From Rickettsia typhi (GTDB lineage Bacteria; Pseudomonadota; Alphaproteobacteria; Rickettsiales; UBA1997), in NCBI GenBank assembly GCA_945862535.1, contig CAMAYG010000006.1, forward strand, positions 5,678 to 69,677: a stretch of DNA of 64,000 bases, in the 5' to 3' direction. A model generated the notes under the pieces. That model searched no databases, was not told the DNA's origin, and was given only the letters and a program-made list of their open reading frames with translations. Position numbers and translations under genes: made by a program. Of the stretch, positions 49,190-60,303 are shown in pieces. The number at the start of each line of letters is the position of its first letter. The first letter of the stretch is position 1.

Positions 49190-49795
49190 ATGGTTTTAGC
49201 AAATAAATTAAATATCAGCAATCAAATCGAACTTAATCGTGCCGAAGAAAAAATTAGCAAACAAAAAGCTAAACAACTTTTTGAAAGTGGCGATATTAAC
49301 AAAATTGAAATCGGCACTTTCAGAGGCTTAGCACAGATCCACGGCTATTTATTTGGCGACATTTACGAATTTGCTGGCAATACCAGAGATGTCAATATTG
49401 CTAAAGGCAATTTCCGCTTTGCCCCACTAATGTATTTATCGCAATCTCTCGACTATATCGATAAAATGCCCCAAAATAATTTTCACAAAATCATCGAAAA
49501 ATATGTCGAAATGAATATCGCTCATCCATTTCGCGAAGGCAATGGCAGAGCTACCAGAATATGGCTCGATCTAATCTTAAAAAAAGAGCTACAGCAAGTA
49601 ATTGACTGGAATTTGGTCGATAAAGACGATTATCTCTCGTCGATGGCAAGAAGTGTAGTTAAGGACATAGAAATAAAACAACTCTTACAACAAGCCCTTA
49701 CTAGCAAAATCAACGATCGCACAATTTTTATGAAAGGCATTGATATTAGCTATTATTACGAAGGCTATAGCCAATTTACTACCGAAAATTTATAA
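49190..49795 (+). CDS. fic: class III Fic protein adenylyltransferase (NmFic-like)
   Basis: HPFREGNGRATR signature and C-terminal SYYYEG inhibitory motif. Confidence 0.92.
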   Translation: MVLANKLNISNQIELNRAEEKISKQKAKQLFESGDINKIEIGTFRGLAQIHGYLFGDIYEFAGNTRDVNIAKGNFRFAPLMYLSQSLDYIDKMPQNNFHKIIEKYVEMNIAHPFREGNGRATRIWLDLILKKELQQVIDWNLVDKDDYLSSMARSVVKDIEIKQLLQQALTSKINDRTIFMKGIDISYYYEGYSQFTTENL

Positions 49796-49944
49796 TTATT
49801 TATTTTTACAAAACTAACCTACTAACCGCAAAATTATTTGCTAATATTAAAAATTTTCTTAAAAAACTCAAACTGCCTTTTAAAGTCATCTTCAGCAAGA
49901 CTTTCTAATTCATAGAGAATTTTTAAGATATAATGGCGATAAAA

Positions 49945-50440
49945 TATGTATTTACGAATCTATGGATCCTGCAACTTCGCTTCGCTCGTGCAGGATGACA
50001 CGGTTGTGGGGAGCCATTTATCTTTCCGCGAGCTTCCGTGCAGGATGACGGTTGTCGGAAGTGCTGTTATTAACTATGAACCCTGCAACTTGTGCGAAGA
50101 TGACGGTTGTGGGGTGGCTTTACGGCAATAAATAGCCCGCTTTTTCTCGCAAACTCAACAATTTGTCATCCTGCACGAAGCGAAAGCGAAGTTGCAGGAT
50201 CCACCTTCTACCGTCATCTTCGCAACTTCGCTTCACGAAGATCCTTGGCAATAAAATCAACACTAAACAGCACTTCGCTAAAATGTATTTACGAATCTAT
50301 GGATCCTGCAACTTTGCTTCGCTCCGTGCAGGATGACGACGGAGGGAATCATGGATCCTGCAACTTCGCTTCGCTCCGTGCAGGATGACGACGGAGGGAA
50401 TCATGGATCCTGCAACTTGTGCGAAGATGACGGTTGTGGG
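49945..50440. repeat. cluster of family A palindromic repeats between convergent fic and panB
   Basis: multiple GGATCCTGCAACTT..GCAGGATGAC units in both orientations; full element at 50213-50337. Confidence 0.88.
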
Positions 50441-50475
50441 GAGTGCTTTTACTTCTTTTAGCTGTTAATTAAATA

Positions 50476-51270
50476 CTAGCCATCCTTCTCAAATAAATGC
50501 TCTTTGGCTGGGAAGGTGCCTTTCGCAACATCTTGTGCAAAATTTTTAACTGCAATCTCGATTTCTGTGGCGATATTGCAATATTTTTTGACAAATCTGG
50601 GGGTAAATTCTTGATTTAGGCCAATGAGATCGTCAATCACCAAAACTTGACCGTCGCAATCGGCAGAGGCTCCAATGCCAATTGTAGGAATGGTTAAGGA
50701 TTTAGTAATTTGTGTTGCCAATTTTGCTGGCACAGCCTCGATAACAATTGCCAAAACTCCTGCCTTTTCTAGCTCGATTGCATTAGCAAAAATTTTTTCT
50801 GCTTCTTCTGGCCTTGTTCCTTGGTATTTATATCCGCCAATTTCATTGACATATTGAGGCATGAGGCCAATATGAGCAATGACGGGAATGTTATTTTGCA
50901 CCAAAAATTTAACGATAGGCATTAGATTTGGCGGAGTCTCGATTTTAATTGCATCGCATTTTGTTTGTTCTAGCACCAATTTTGCCGTTGCCAGAGCTTG
51001 ATTTGGCGATGTTTCATAGCTATTTGCAGGTAAATCGACAATTACAAGAGCATTTTTTCTGGCTTTAACCACGGCCTTGGCATGAGCAATCATCATTTCC
51101 ACCGTTGCTTTGGTGGTGTCGGTTTCGCCGTAGATTGTCATTGCCAAGGAGTCGCCAACTAAAATAAGGTCGCAATGGGGGTCGATAATTTTGGCAATAG
51201 GAAAACTATAAGCGGTTAGGCAAGTAATTTTCTGCCCACGATTTTTTAATTCTTGAATTTTCATTGACAT
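50476..51270 (-). CDS. panB: 3-methyl-2-oxobutanoate hydroxymethyltransferase
   Basis: LTAY, LVGDSL, HIGL.PQ, IGIGA...DGQVLV.DD. Confidence 0.95.
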   Translation of the reverse strand: MSMKIQELKNRGQKITCLTAYSFPIAKIIDPHCDLILVGDSLAMTIYGETDTTKATVEMMIAHAKAVVKARKNALVIVDLPANSYETSPNQALATAKLVLEQTKCDAIKIETPPNLMPIVKFLVQNNIPVIAHIGLMPQYVNEIGGYKYQGTRPEEAEKIFANAIELEKAGVLAIVIEAVPAKLATQITKSLTIPTIGIGASADCDGQVLVIDDLIGLNQEFTPRFVKKYCNIATEIEIAVKNFAQDVAKGTFPAKEHLFEKDG

Positions 51271-51403
51271 TGACTTTTTTTAATAAAAAATTTAGCGATT
51301 AGCCGAGGTTAATTAGCCTAGGCTACATTGACAGCTGATTAGCAATATAGTCTAGCATATTTATTATTTATTGCAAAAATGCAATATTTATTTGACTAAA
51401 CTA

Positions 51404-53260
51404 ATGTTAGCAAATTCAAAAACCAATAACGACAATTCCTTGCCTGCAAATTTACCAACCGATCATCAAAAAAACAATAACCTAATCTTAATTTTTGGCA
51501 ATCAATTGAGGCTCGATTTACCTAGCCTCAATTACTATAACAGCGAACCAGAAAATAGTGCAATAATAATGATCGAGGCAATTGCCGAATCAACCTTGCC
51601 ATTTACCAACATCAATAAAATCGCTCTATTTTTGGCATCGATGCGAAATTTTGCCGATGAATTAGCTAGCAAAAACTACCAAGTTCATTATCTTAAAATC
51701 GACAATCCGCAATATTCAGGAGAAAAAATTGTTGAACGATTAGCCCAATTTCTTAATGAGAAGCCTAATTTTAAAAATTTAATTGTTGTTAAACCAGGGG
51801 AATATCGCTTAATTGCAGATCTGACAGAGTTAAAAAACAAGACCAATCTTAGTCTAACAATGCTAGAAGACGATTCTTTCTTCTGTTCGGAAGCAGAATT
51901 TGCTAGCTTTGCCCGCGATAAGAAAAAATTATTGCTCGAAAATTTCTATCGCCAAATGCGAAATAAAACCAAAATTTTAATGACAGGAGAAGAAAATGGC
52001 AATGATAAAATCCAACCAATTGGTGGCAAATACAACTTCGATAAGGAAAACCGCAATAATTGGCAAAATTTTAAACAAGAAGGTAGTAAAATATTATCGC
52101 AAAAATCTCGACCTGTTTTTAAAGAAAATCATCATTTAATCGAGATAGTAAAAGCGATAGAGACAATATTTTTCAACAGTAGAAGTGATAGTAAAATATC
52201 TAATAAAACTAGTTCGATAAATCACTTTAATAAAGATCGAGAACAAAATTTTACTCAAGCAACTTCTGGCGAAGCAAATTCTATGAAGAAAAATTCTACA
52301 TTGGGCAATCTTCAAACATTAAAAGACTTTAACTATGCCACCACGAGAGAAGATGCAAAATTTGCCTTAGAGCATTTTTTTAACAATTATCTGGCTTTCT
52401 TTGGCAATTGGCAAGATGTAATGGCCGAAGAAGAATCTTTATTTTTTCATAGCAATATTAGTGCTTATCTTAACATTGGCTTGTTAAATCCTAAAGAAAT
52501 TTGCTATAAAGCCGAAGAATATTACCATTTAGGTCTTGCTCCCTTAAATGCGGTAGAGGGTTTTATCCGCCAGATTCTTGGTTGGCGGGAATATATTCGT
52601 GGAATTTATTGGTATTTTATGCCAAAATATTACGAAAATAATTTTTTCAATGCTCAAAGAAAGCTACCTAAATGCTATTGGCAACCGCAAGCAACAAAAA
52701 TGAACTGCATTAAAAGCACCGTAACTCAAAGCATTGTTTCTGGCTATTCTCACCATATTCAACGGCTAATGATAACCGGAAATTTTGCTTTATTAATCGA
52801 GGCACAACCGCAAGAAGTTGCTAGCTGGTATCTAGGAATATATGTAGATGCCATCGAATGGGTAGAATTACCAAATGTTTTTGGCATGGCTCTTTTTGCC
52901 GATGGTGGAACTCTTGCAAGCAAACCATATATTTCTAGCGGTAGTTACATTAATAAAATGAGTAATTTTTGTGGCAATTGTCATTACGATGTTAAAATAA
53001 AAACTAACGAAAAAACTAACGAAACAACTAACGAAACAACTCTGGGCGGCACAAGTAAAAATGCCAATAAAAATGCCAATAAAAATGCTTGTCCTTTTAA
53101 TTATTTATATTGGAATTTTCTTATTAAACATGAAAAAATCTTAAGAAATAATCACCGCCTAGCTATCGCCTATCAACAAATAACAAAAATGGATGAAGAG
53201 CAAAAGAATCTTATCATAAATTCGTCAACAGAATTTTTGGCAGATCTCGACCAAACTTAA
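51404..53260 (+). CDS. FeS-cluster bacterial cryptochrome/(6-4) photolyase family protein
   Basis: GNQL, E.FYR.MR, GG.YNFD.ENR, EGFIRQILGWREY, HHIQRLM, KPY; four Cys (MNC, FCGNC, ACPF); start taken at ATG 51404. Confidence 0.88.
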   Translation: MLANSKTNNDNSLPANLPTDHQKNNNLILIFGNQLRLDLPSLNYYNSEPENSAIIMIEAIAESTLPFTNINKIALFLASMRNFADELASKNYQVHYLKIDNPQYSGEKIVERLAQFLNEKPNFKNLIVVKPGEYRLIADLTELKNKTNLSLTMLEDDSFFCSEAEFASFARDKKKLLLENFYRQMRNKTKILMTGEENGNDKIQPIGGKYNFDKENRNNWQNFKQEGSKILSQKSRPVFKENHHLIEIVKAIETIFFNSRSDSKISNKTSSINHFNKDREQNFTQATSGEANSMKKNSTLGNLQTLKDFNYATTREDAKFALEHFFNNYLAFFGNWQDVMAEEESLFFHSNISAYLNIGLLNPKEICYKAEEYYHLGLAPLNAVEGFIRQILGWREYIRGIYWYFMPKYYENNFFNAQRKLPKCYWQPQATKMNCIKSTVTQSIVSGYSHHIQRLMITGNFALLIEAQPQEVASWYLGIYVDAIEWVELPNVFGMALFADGGTLASKPYISSGSYINKMSNFCGNCHYDVKIKTNEKTNETTNETTLGGTSKNANKNANKNACPFNYLYWNFLIKHEKILRNNHRLAIAYQQITKMDEEQKNLIINSSTEFLADLDQT

Positions 53261-53439
53261 CTTACAATATTTGCAAAATAAAGTGCTGTTATTTACCGAA
53301 AATATTACAATTCACTAACTAAAAACCACATTATAGCTTAATTTATAATATTTTTACTTTCTTATGTATTTTAATATTGATTTTATAACTTTGTTGAATA
53401 TTCTGTTGCACTAAATCAATTACTAATTAATTAATAATT

Positions 53440-55734
53440 ATGCCTAATAAATCAAATAAAAACAATGCTTCTTTTAATTCCCGTGATGCTGAAGCACTAA
53501 ATTTTCATTCCTCTTACCCTGCAGGAAAAGTGGCAATGCATGCCACTAAACCCCTAAATACTCAACGAGAACTTGCCCTAGCCTACTCACCGGGTGTGGC
53601 AATTCCTTGTTTAGAAATTGCCAAAGACCCAGAATTAGCCTATGAATATACTGCAAAAGGCAATTATGTTGCGGTAATTTCTAATGGTACAGCGGTTCTT
53701 GGCCTTGGCGACCTAGGGGCAATTGCTAGCAAGCCAGTTATGGAAGGTAAATCGGTTTTATTTAAAAGATTCGCCGATATTAATTCTGTCGATATCGAAG
53801 TAGACACCAAAGATGTCGAAGAATTTATCAACTCTGTTCGTTATCTTGGACCTAGTTGGGGCGGTATTAACCTCGAAGATATTAAAGCACCAGAATGTTT
53901 TATTATTGAAAGTCGCTTAAAAGAATTAATGAATATACCAGTTTTTCACGACGATCAACACGGCACGGCAATTATCTCTGCCGCAGGAATAATCAATGCT
54001 CTGCATATATCTGGCAAAGATTTTAAAAAAATAAAAGTTGTTGTTAATGGAGCTGGAGCAGCAGGAATTGCTTGCCTAGAACTACTTAAGGCAATGGGCT
54101 TATCGAATGAAAATGCAATTTTATGCGATACTAAAGGTGTTATTTACAAAGGTAGAACAGATGGGATGAATCAATGGAAAAGTGCCCATGCCGTTGAAAC
54201 AAAAGCTCGTAGCCTTTCCGATGCAATGAAAGGAGCAGATGTCTTTCTTGGCCTTTCCGTTAAAGGTGCAGTAACTGCCGAAATGGTTAAAGATATGGCG
54301 AAAAACCCTGTAATTTTTGCAATGGCCAACCCCGATCCAGAAATTACCCCAGAAGAAGTCCATAAAGTTCGCAACGATGCAATTGTGGCAACGGGTCGTA
54401 GCGACTATGAAAATCAGGTTAATAATGTAATGGGCTTCCCTTATATTTTCCGCGGAGCTCTCGATGTTCGAGCTTCAACAATCAACGAAGAAATGAAAAT
54501 CGCTGCTGCCAAAGCCATTGCAGAACTAGCCCGCGAACATGTTCCTGCCGAAGTAATAAAGGCATATGGTGGCAGAGATATGAAATTTGGGCCTAGCTAT
54601 ATTATCCCTACTCCATTCGATCCAAGGTTAATTTATATTGTTTCAATGGCAGTAGCAAAGGCCGCAATTGATAGCGGAGTAGCAAGAAAGCCAATTAAAG
54701 ATTGGGATGCATATAAAACAGAACTTAAGGCCAGAAGAGACCCAACGGTTAATGCAATGAATTTTGTTTTTGAGAAACTCGAAAAAAATAAAAAAGATAT
54801 CATTCTTGCTGAAGGCGAGCAAATAGAAATGATAAGAGTTGCTGCAATGTGGCGAGATGGCGGATATGGCAAACCAATCTTAATTGGCAAAGAAAAGGTT
54901 ATTACAGAAAAAATGGCTGAGGCCAATATTAGCAAAGAAGGAATTGAAATATATAATGCCGCAATTTCCGATGAAAATGCTAAATTTAGCAATTACCTCT
55001 ATCAAAAACTGCAAAGAAACGGAGTATTAAAAAGCGACTGCGACAGAATGATTAAAAACGATCGCAATGTTTTTGCTGCTTCAATGCTTGCTTGTGGTCA
55101 TGGCGATGCCTTAGTTACTGGACTTACCCGTGGTTACCGCAAGTCTTTCACCGATATTTGGCAAGTAATTAAAAATAAAGAAGGTCAAATTGTGCAAGGA
55201 ATTTCGATGGTTATTGGGCAAGGCAAAACAATTTTTATTGCCGATAGTGCCTGTTCAGAAATATCATCTTCGGAACATCTAGCAAATATTGCTATTCAAA
55301 CTGCCAAGAAGGTTAAAGATATTGGCTATCAACCGCGAGTAGCATTTTTGTCTTTTTCTAATTTTGGCAGTGCCTTAAAAACAGAATCAAGCAGAATTAA
55401 AAAAGCAGTTGAAATTCTCGATCAGATGGTAGCAAATAAAGTAACACTTAATTTTGAATATGACGGCGAAATGACTCCAGATGTTGCCCTTAATCCAGAT
55501 AAAATGTTGCAATATCCTTTCTGCAGACTTTCGGCACCAGCCAATATTCTTATTTGTCCGGGGCTACATTCGGCAAGCATCGCCACTAAACTTCTTCAAG
55601 AATTAGGCAATTGCACGGTTGTAGGCCCAATCCTCGACGGCTTTGAAAAATCTGTGCAAATCGTTACAATGCGATCTTCAATTAATGAAATATTTAATAT
55701 GGCAGCAATTTCCGCCGCTTTTAGCGAAAAATAG
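53440..55734 (+). CDS. maeB: NADP-dependent malic enzyme with PTA-like domain
   Basis: AYSPGVA, KPVMEGK, NLEDI, DDQHGT, GAGAAG, C-terminal phosphotransacetylase-like domain. Confidence 0.96.
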   Translation: MPNKSNKNNASFNSRDAEALNFHSSYPAGKVAMHATKPLNTQRELALAYSPGVAIPCLEIAKDPELAYEYTAKGNYVAVISNGTAVLGLGDLGAIASKPVMEGKSVLFKRFADINSVDIEVDTKDVEEFINSVRYLGPSWGGINLEDIKAPECFIIESRLKELMNIPVFHDDQHGTAIISAAGIINALHISGKDFKKIKVVVNGAGAAGIACLELLKAMGLSNENAILCDTKGVIYKGRTDGMNQWKSAHAVETKARSLSDAMKGADVFLGLSVKGAVTAEMVKDMAKNPVIFAMANPDPEITPEEVHKVRNDAIVATGRSDYENQVNNVMGFPYIFRGALDVRASTINEEMKIAAAKAIAELAREHVPAEVIKAYGGRDMKFGPSYIIPTPFDPRLIYIVSMAVAKAAIDSGVARKPIKDWDAYKTELKARRDPTVNAMNFVFEKLEKNKKDIILAEGEQIEMIRVAAMWRDGGYGKPILIGKEKVITEKMAEANISKEGIEIYNAAISDENAKFSNYLYQKLQRNGVLKSDCDRMIKNDRNVFAASMLACGHGDALVTGLTRGYRKSFTDIWQVIKNKEGQIVQGISMVIGQGKTIFIADSACSEISSSEHLANIAIQTAKKVKDIGYQPRVAFLSFSNFGSALKTESSRIKKAVEILDQMVANKVTLNFEYDGEMTPDVALNPDKMLQYPFCRLSAPANILICPGLHSASIATKLLQELGNCTVVGPILDGFEKSVQIVTMRSSINEIFNMAAISAAFSEK

Positions 55735-55831
55735 ATCAATGCCATGATTCAATGCCATTTCATATTTAGACCTTATTAGAATTTGTTTTAAATATAGAAA
55801 TGGCATTGACCCTGCCCGCTCCCCTTTTATA

Positions 55832-57154
55832 TTATTCATCGTCAGAAATTCCTGAAAATGGCGATAATTTTTGCCTTTTTTTGATAAAAATATTAGCAAG
55901 AAAGAAAGTTAAAAACAAAGATAAAGCCATAAAAATCGAGAGCCACAAACCGCTTTTTCCTACCATATACATCAAAATCCCACTACTTACTAGGCCCGTA
56001 ATATTGCCAATTAGTCCAAAGCGGGCAAAGGCACTATTTACCGCCAATCTTTCTGTTGGTTGATATTTTTCATTAATAAGAACAATGGCGGGCAACTTAA
56101 CTCCAGCTAAAGATCCAAAAAGCAAAAATAGCATTATTTTTAAACTCACAAAAGACAGGTTACTGCTAACAGTAAATTGATTAACAAAAAGAAACAGACT
56201 GACAAACCAAGCAAATATCAATGAAAAGAAAATCATTATTCTCTTATTAACTAAATCGGTTAAAAATCCTACAGGAATAGAGAAAATCGTTCCAAAAAGA
56301 AATATTGAATAAAGCATTGCCGCATCAGTCTCGGCAAGGCCAATTTTTATACCGTAAATAATCACAAAAGCATTAACCGAGGACAGGCAATAACTTGAAA
56401 CAAAGCCAGAAAACATAATTTTTGGCGATTTTGCAACATAAGGCCAAAGCCCTATTTTCTTTTCACTGGCAATTTTTGGTTCGTGATAACGAAGCTTTAA
56501 TAACGGCAGAATTGCTAATAGATATAAAACCACAACCATTAAATGCAAAAACCAATAATTTTCCTTATAATGGAGAATGTTAAAAATTAACGGCCCAAGA
56601 GCATTACCCATTGCCACCACCATTGTGCCACAAGCAACAGTCATTGCCCGAGCCTTTACCGGGGCTATTTCTATCATAATTGTTTGCCTTACTACCCCAG
56701 CAATAAAAAACGAACCTCCAAGAATAAAAATTATCACTAACCAATAGAAATAGCTAAAGTAAAATATTGCCAAAACACTGCCAACCGCCGAAACGACTGA
56801 AGCGATGAAGATCATTTTAAAAGAACCAAAAAACTCGGTTATTTTTGGCAAAAATCTCGCCAACACTACTCCAGCAAAAATTTGAGTAATGCTGGCAATT
56901 GAAATAAGTAACTCATTAACAATTTTCTTCTCTGCGGTAAGTGAAATCATTACTACCAACAAACCATAGCCCAAAGAGGAGAGAAATATCGAAGAAAAAA
57001 CTGCAATAAAATTATAAATAATCTGATGCTGTTCTAAAATAGGCTTATGAACATTTTCTTTATCGATTTGAGGGTAGTTAACCGCAGAGCCAATGCCATT
57101 ATTTAACGAGTCGTAATTACGGGCAATTTGCGGACGATTATTAAAAAATAACAT
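55832..57154 (-). CDS. MFS transporter
   Basis: about 12 hydrophobic segments, P.GFLTD...KR motif. Confidence 0.85.
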   Translation of the reverse strand: MLFFNNRPQIARNYDSLNNGIGSAVNYPQIDKENVHKPILEQHQIIYNFIAVFSSIFLSSLGYGLLVVMISLTAEKKIVNELLISIASITQIFAGVVLARFLPKITEFFGSFKMIFIASVVSAVGSVLAIFYFSYFYWLVIIFILGGSFFIAGVVRQTIMIEIAPVKARAMTVACGTMVVAMGNALGPLIFNILHYKENYWFLHLMVVVLYLLAILPLLKLRYHEPKIASEKKIGLWPYVAKSPKIMFSGFVSSYCLSSVNAFVIIYGIKIGLAETDAAMLYSIFLFGTIFSIPVGFLTDLVNKRIMIFFSLIFAWFVSLFLFVNQFTVSSNLSFVSLKIMLFLLFGSLAGVKLPAIVLINEKYQPTERLAVNSAFARFGLIGNITGLVSSGILMYMVGKSGLWLSIFMALSLFLTFFLANIFIKKRQKLSPFSGISDDE

Positions 57155-58839
57155 TAAAAGAAGGTATTTTGTTGCGGAGGTTTAGCAAAAATATTAAGAA
57201 TTTCTTCCATTTTTACCGCTCGCGAACCTTTAAGATAGATTAAGAAATTTGGTTGTAAGTGAGGATTTTGCGAATAAATTTCATCTATTTGACGAGAAAT
57301 ATCGCGAAATAAGTCCCGCCCCGCCTCACCAGAATTATCAGAATGACTATACGACAAGGAATTATTTGACAATATTGCTGAACTTTGCAACTTAGCAAAA
57401 GATTCGCCAACGGTAATTATTTTCTTAGGGCTAATGGCAATTGCCGATTCTAAAACTTGATAATGAAGTCCTTCGCTATAACTACCAACCTCTTTCATTT
57501 CGCCAAGAGCAAGAGTGATATTGTTTATTTCTAACCTTTCAGCCAATTGAGAAATATAATTGAAACCAGCCTGCATCGAGCTAAGGCTAGCATTATAACT
57601 ATCGTCGACAAGGTAAATTTTGCTATTTTTATAGCTAAAGCACGATAATTTGCCCCTGCCCTGTTGTAAATCGAGAGTTTCAAGGCTTGAAATAAGGTTT
57701 TTAGAGGCTTCTTCTGTTGTCATTTGATGAACATCAAAATCTAAAGCAGAAACAACAGCCATCGCAAAGACCGAAGCCTGAATTATTGCCAAATGCGAAC
57801 AATTTAGGTAATATTGATAATATTTTAGCTTAACAACAATTTTACCGCCTTCCTCGCTAGAAACATCGTAACAAAAATTAGCTTTCTTGCTAGCTAGAGA
57901 AGATTGAAGATAAGGCAGCGATTTTTGAGGATTGACTTTCTTTTGTGGCAACTCACCAATAACACCTTCTTCGATATTATTTTTAATATTAATAATATCA
58001 CAATCAACATTAAGATTGGAAAAATATTGTTGCACTTCTTCTGCCCGACGATAAAGGTAGTCAAAACAATTGCTATCGCCATTTAAGATAATTCGATATG
58101 GCGATAAAGCCTTGTTTTCTAAGGATGAATTGTTGTTTTGTTGGTTTTTATAATAATTAAAATTAGCCAATAAACCATTAAGAATTTCTGCTTTTGCTTT
58201 AGCTATTCCTTCTTGATTAGGAAAATTTTCGATATGAGCTGTGCCAATATTGGTAATTGCAACAATATTTGGCTTAATAATTTCGGCTAATTCGTCTATT
58301 TCATGAAAGTGATTCATACCAATTTCGTAAAGCCCAAATTTGGCAGAAGATGGCATATTAACAAGGTTCAAAGGCATACCAATATGGTTATTCAAATTGC
58401 CTTCCGAGGCAAAAACCTCGCCAAAACTTGCCAAAACTTTAGCGATAACTTCTTTGGTAGTAGTCTTGCCAACAGATCCTGTAATTGCAATAAATTTCCC
58501 AATATGACGATTTCTCGCAAATTTTGCAAGATTTTGTAGGGCTTTTATAGTGTCGCTAACAAGGATTAATTTACAGATTTTATGATGCTGAAAATATATT
58601 TCTCGATCGTTAATAACGGCAATTTTACAACCATTTTCAATGGCATCAGCCAAAAATTGATTAGCATCATTTTTGCCACTTATAGCAATAAAAAGGCTGT
58701 CTTTATTGCTCTTGCGAGAATCGATAACGATATTAGCAATATTAGAAGCCTTTAGGCTATTATCGCCGAAGTTACTTAGGATAGTTAAATCTTGTAAAGC
58801 ACTAGATATTTCTTGCTCTTGCCACAAAACATCGTTCAT
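57154..58839 (-). CDS. murF: UDP-N-acetylmuramoyl-tripeptide--D-Ala-D-Ala ligase
   Basis: IDSR, ITGSVGKTTTK, NLNNHIG.P, EIGMNH, DDSYNA, KGSR. Confidence 0.92.
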   Translation of the reverse strand: MNDVLWQEQEISSALQDLTILSNFGDNSLKASNIANIVIDSRKSNKDSLFIAISGKNDANQFLADAIENGCKIAVINDREIYFQHHKICKLILVSDTIKALQNLAKFARNRHIGKFIAITGSVGKTTTKEVIAKVLASFGEVFASEGNLNNHIGMPLNLVNMPSSAKFGLYEIGMNHFHEIDELAEIIKPNIVAITNIGTAHIENFPNQEGIAKAKAEILNGLLANFNYYKNQQNNNSSLENKALSPYRIILNGDSNCFDYLYRRAEEVQQYFSNLNVDCDIINIKNNIEEGVIGELPQKKVNPQKSLPYLQSSLASKKANFCYDVSSEEGGKIVVKLKYYQYYLNCSHLAIIQASVFAMAVVSALDFDVHQMTTEEASKNLISSLETLDLQQGRGKLSCFSYKNSKIYLVDDSYNASLSSMQAGFNYISQLAERLEINNITLALGEMKEVGSYSEGLHYQVLESAIAISPKKIITVGESFAKLQSSAILSNNSLSYSHSDNSGEAGRDLFRDISRQIDEIYSQNPHLQPNFLIYLKGSRAVKMEEILNIFAKPPQQNTFF

Positions 58840-58854
58840 AATTAGTTAATCAGA

Positions 58855-60237
58855 TTATTTGTTGCGAAGCGGGCTTTTACGGTAACCATAGGCGAAATAA
58901 ATTATAATGCTTAAAATAAGCCAGCAAATAAAAACTTTAAAATTATGCTTAATAAGAGAAAGCATAAGATAGCCACAACCAATAATTGCCAAAGAACATA
59001 TAACAAAGACAGCGGGGCATTTGAAAGGTCTTTCGAGTTGTGGTTGTTTAATTCGTAAAATCAAAACACCAATTGCAGAAACTGTAAAAGCAAGTAATGT
59101 TCCTAGGCTTGCCATATCGCCAAGGGTTCTGATGGGGGTAAGACCACCAACCAAAGCGACAAATATTGTTACTAACATACAGCTAATAAAAGGGGTATTA
59201 AACTTGTGATGTAATGTGCTTAAAGATTTTGGCAATAAGCCATCGCGAGACATTACAAAGAAAATTCTAGATTGACCATACATAAGCACCAGCAATACCG
59301 CAACCATACCAGCGACAGCACCAGTTGCAACAAGAGCAGAGCCAATATTGCTACCGTTTTGCCTTAAAGCAAAAGCCATCGGCTCGGCATTAGCAAGGCT
59401 TCTGTAGTCGACAATACCAGTTAATGCCAAAGAAACGAGAATATATAACAAACTACACACAACCAAAGAACCAATAATACCAATTGGTAAATTGCGATTA
59501 GGGTTTTTAGTTTCTTCGGCCGCAGTTGCCACGGCATCAAAGCCCAAATAAGCAAAAAATATTGCCGCAGCTCCACTTATCACTCCACCAAAACCAAAAG
59601 GCATAAAATCGTTGGTAATATTGCTAATTTTAATATGCGGAGTAGCAATAGCAAGGAAGCCAAAAATGACTATTAACTTTACTGCAACAAGGATTCGGTT
59701 AAGAATAACACTTTCTTTGGTGCCTCGCATCAGAATTAACCCAACAAATATGGCAATCATCGATGCTGGTAGATTAATAATTCCACCTTCACTTGGAGTC
59801 TTGGTAAATGCTTCGGGAATAGCAAAGCCGGCTTGCTTTAAAATTCCAACAAAATATCCAGACCAACCAACGGAAACAGCAGAGGCTCCAACCATATATT
59901 CTAAAACTAAACCGCAACCAACAATCCAAGCCACAAATTCTCCCATAATTGCATATGAATAAGTATAGGCACTACCAGCAACAGGAACCATCGCAGCAAG
60001 CTCGGTATAAGCTAATCCTGCAAAAATACAAACCATTCCCGCTAGTAAATAAGATAAAGAAATTGCCGGACCTGCATAATGTGCCGCTGCCGTTCCAGTT
60101 AAAACAAAAATTCCGGTACCTATCGTGCAACCAATACCTAGCATAACTAGATCTATGGCACCTAGGGTTTTTGTTAGACCTTTTGTTTTTGAGGTTGCAA
60201 TGATTTCTTGAATACTTCTAATTCTTAATTTAAACAT
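58855..60237 (-). CDS. APC family amino acid permease
   Basis: IGTGIFV, AGPA, GSAYTY, FFAYLGFD, RPFK.P. Confidence 0.93.
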   Translation of the reverse strand: MFKLRIRSIQEIIATSKTKGLTKTLGAIDLVMLGIGCTIGTGIFVLTGTAAAHYAGPAISLSYLLAGMVCIFAGLAYTELAAMVPVAGSAYTYSYAIMGEFVAWIVGCGLVLEYMVGASAVSVGWSGYFVGILKQAGFAIPEAFTKTPSEGGIINLPASMIAIFVGLILMRGTKESVILNRILVAVKLIVIFGFLAIATPHIKISNITNDFMPFGFGGVISGAAAIFFAYLGFDAVATAAEETKNPNRNLPIGIIGSLVVCSLLYILVSLALTGIVDYRSLANAEPMAFALRQNGSNIGSALVATGAVAGMVAVLLVLMYGQSRIFFVMSRDGLLPKSLSTLHHKFNTPFISCMLVTIFVALVGGLTPIRTLGDMASLGTLLAFTVSAIGVLILRIKQPQLERPFKCPAVFVICSLAIIGCGYLMLSLIKHNFKVFICWLILSIIIYFAYGYRKSPLRNK

Positions 60238-60303
60238 TTTATTAATTGATTTGTTGATAATTTAAAGCAGGATTTCGACGAATATTTCTAATTCTTGGCA
60301 AAA

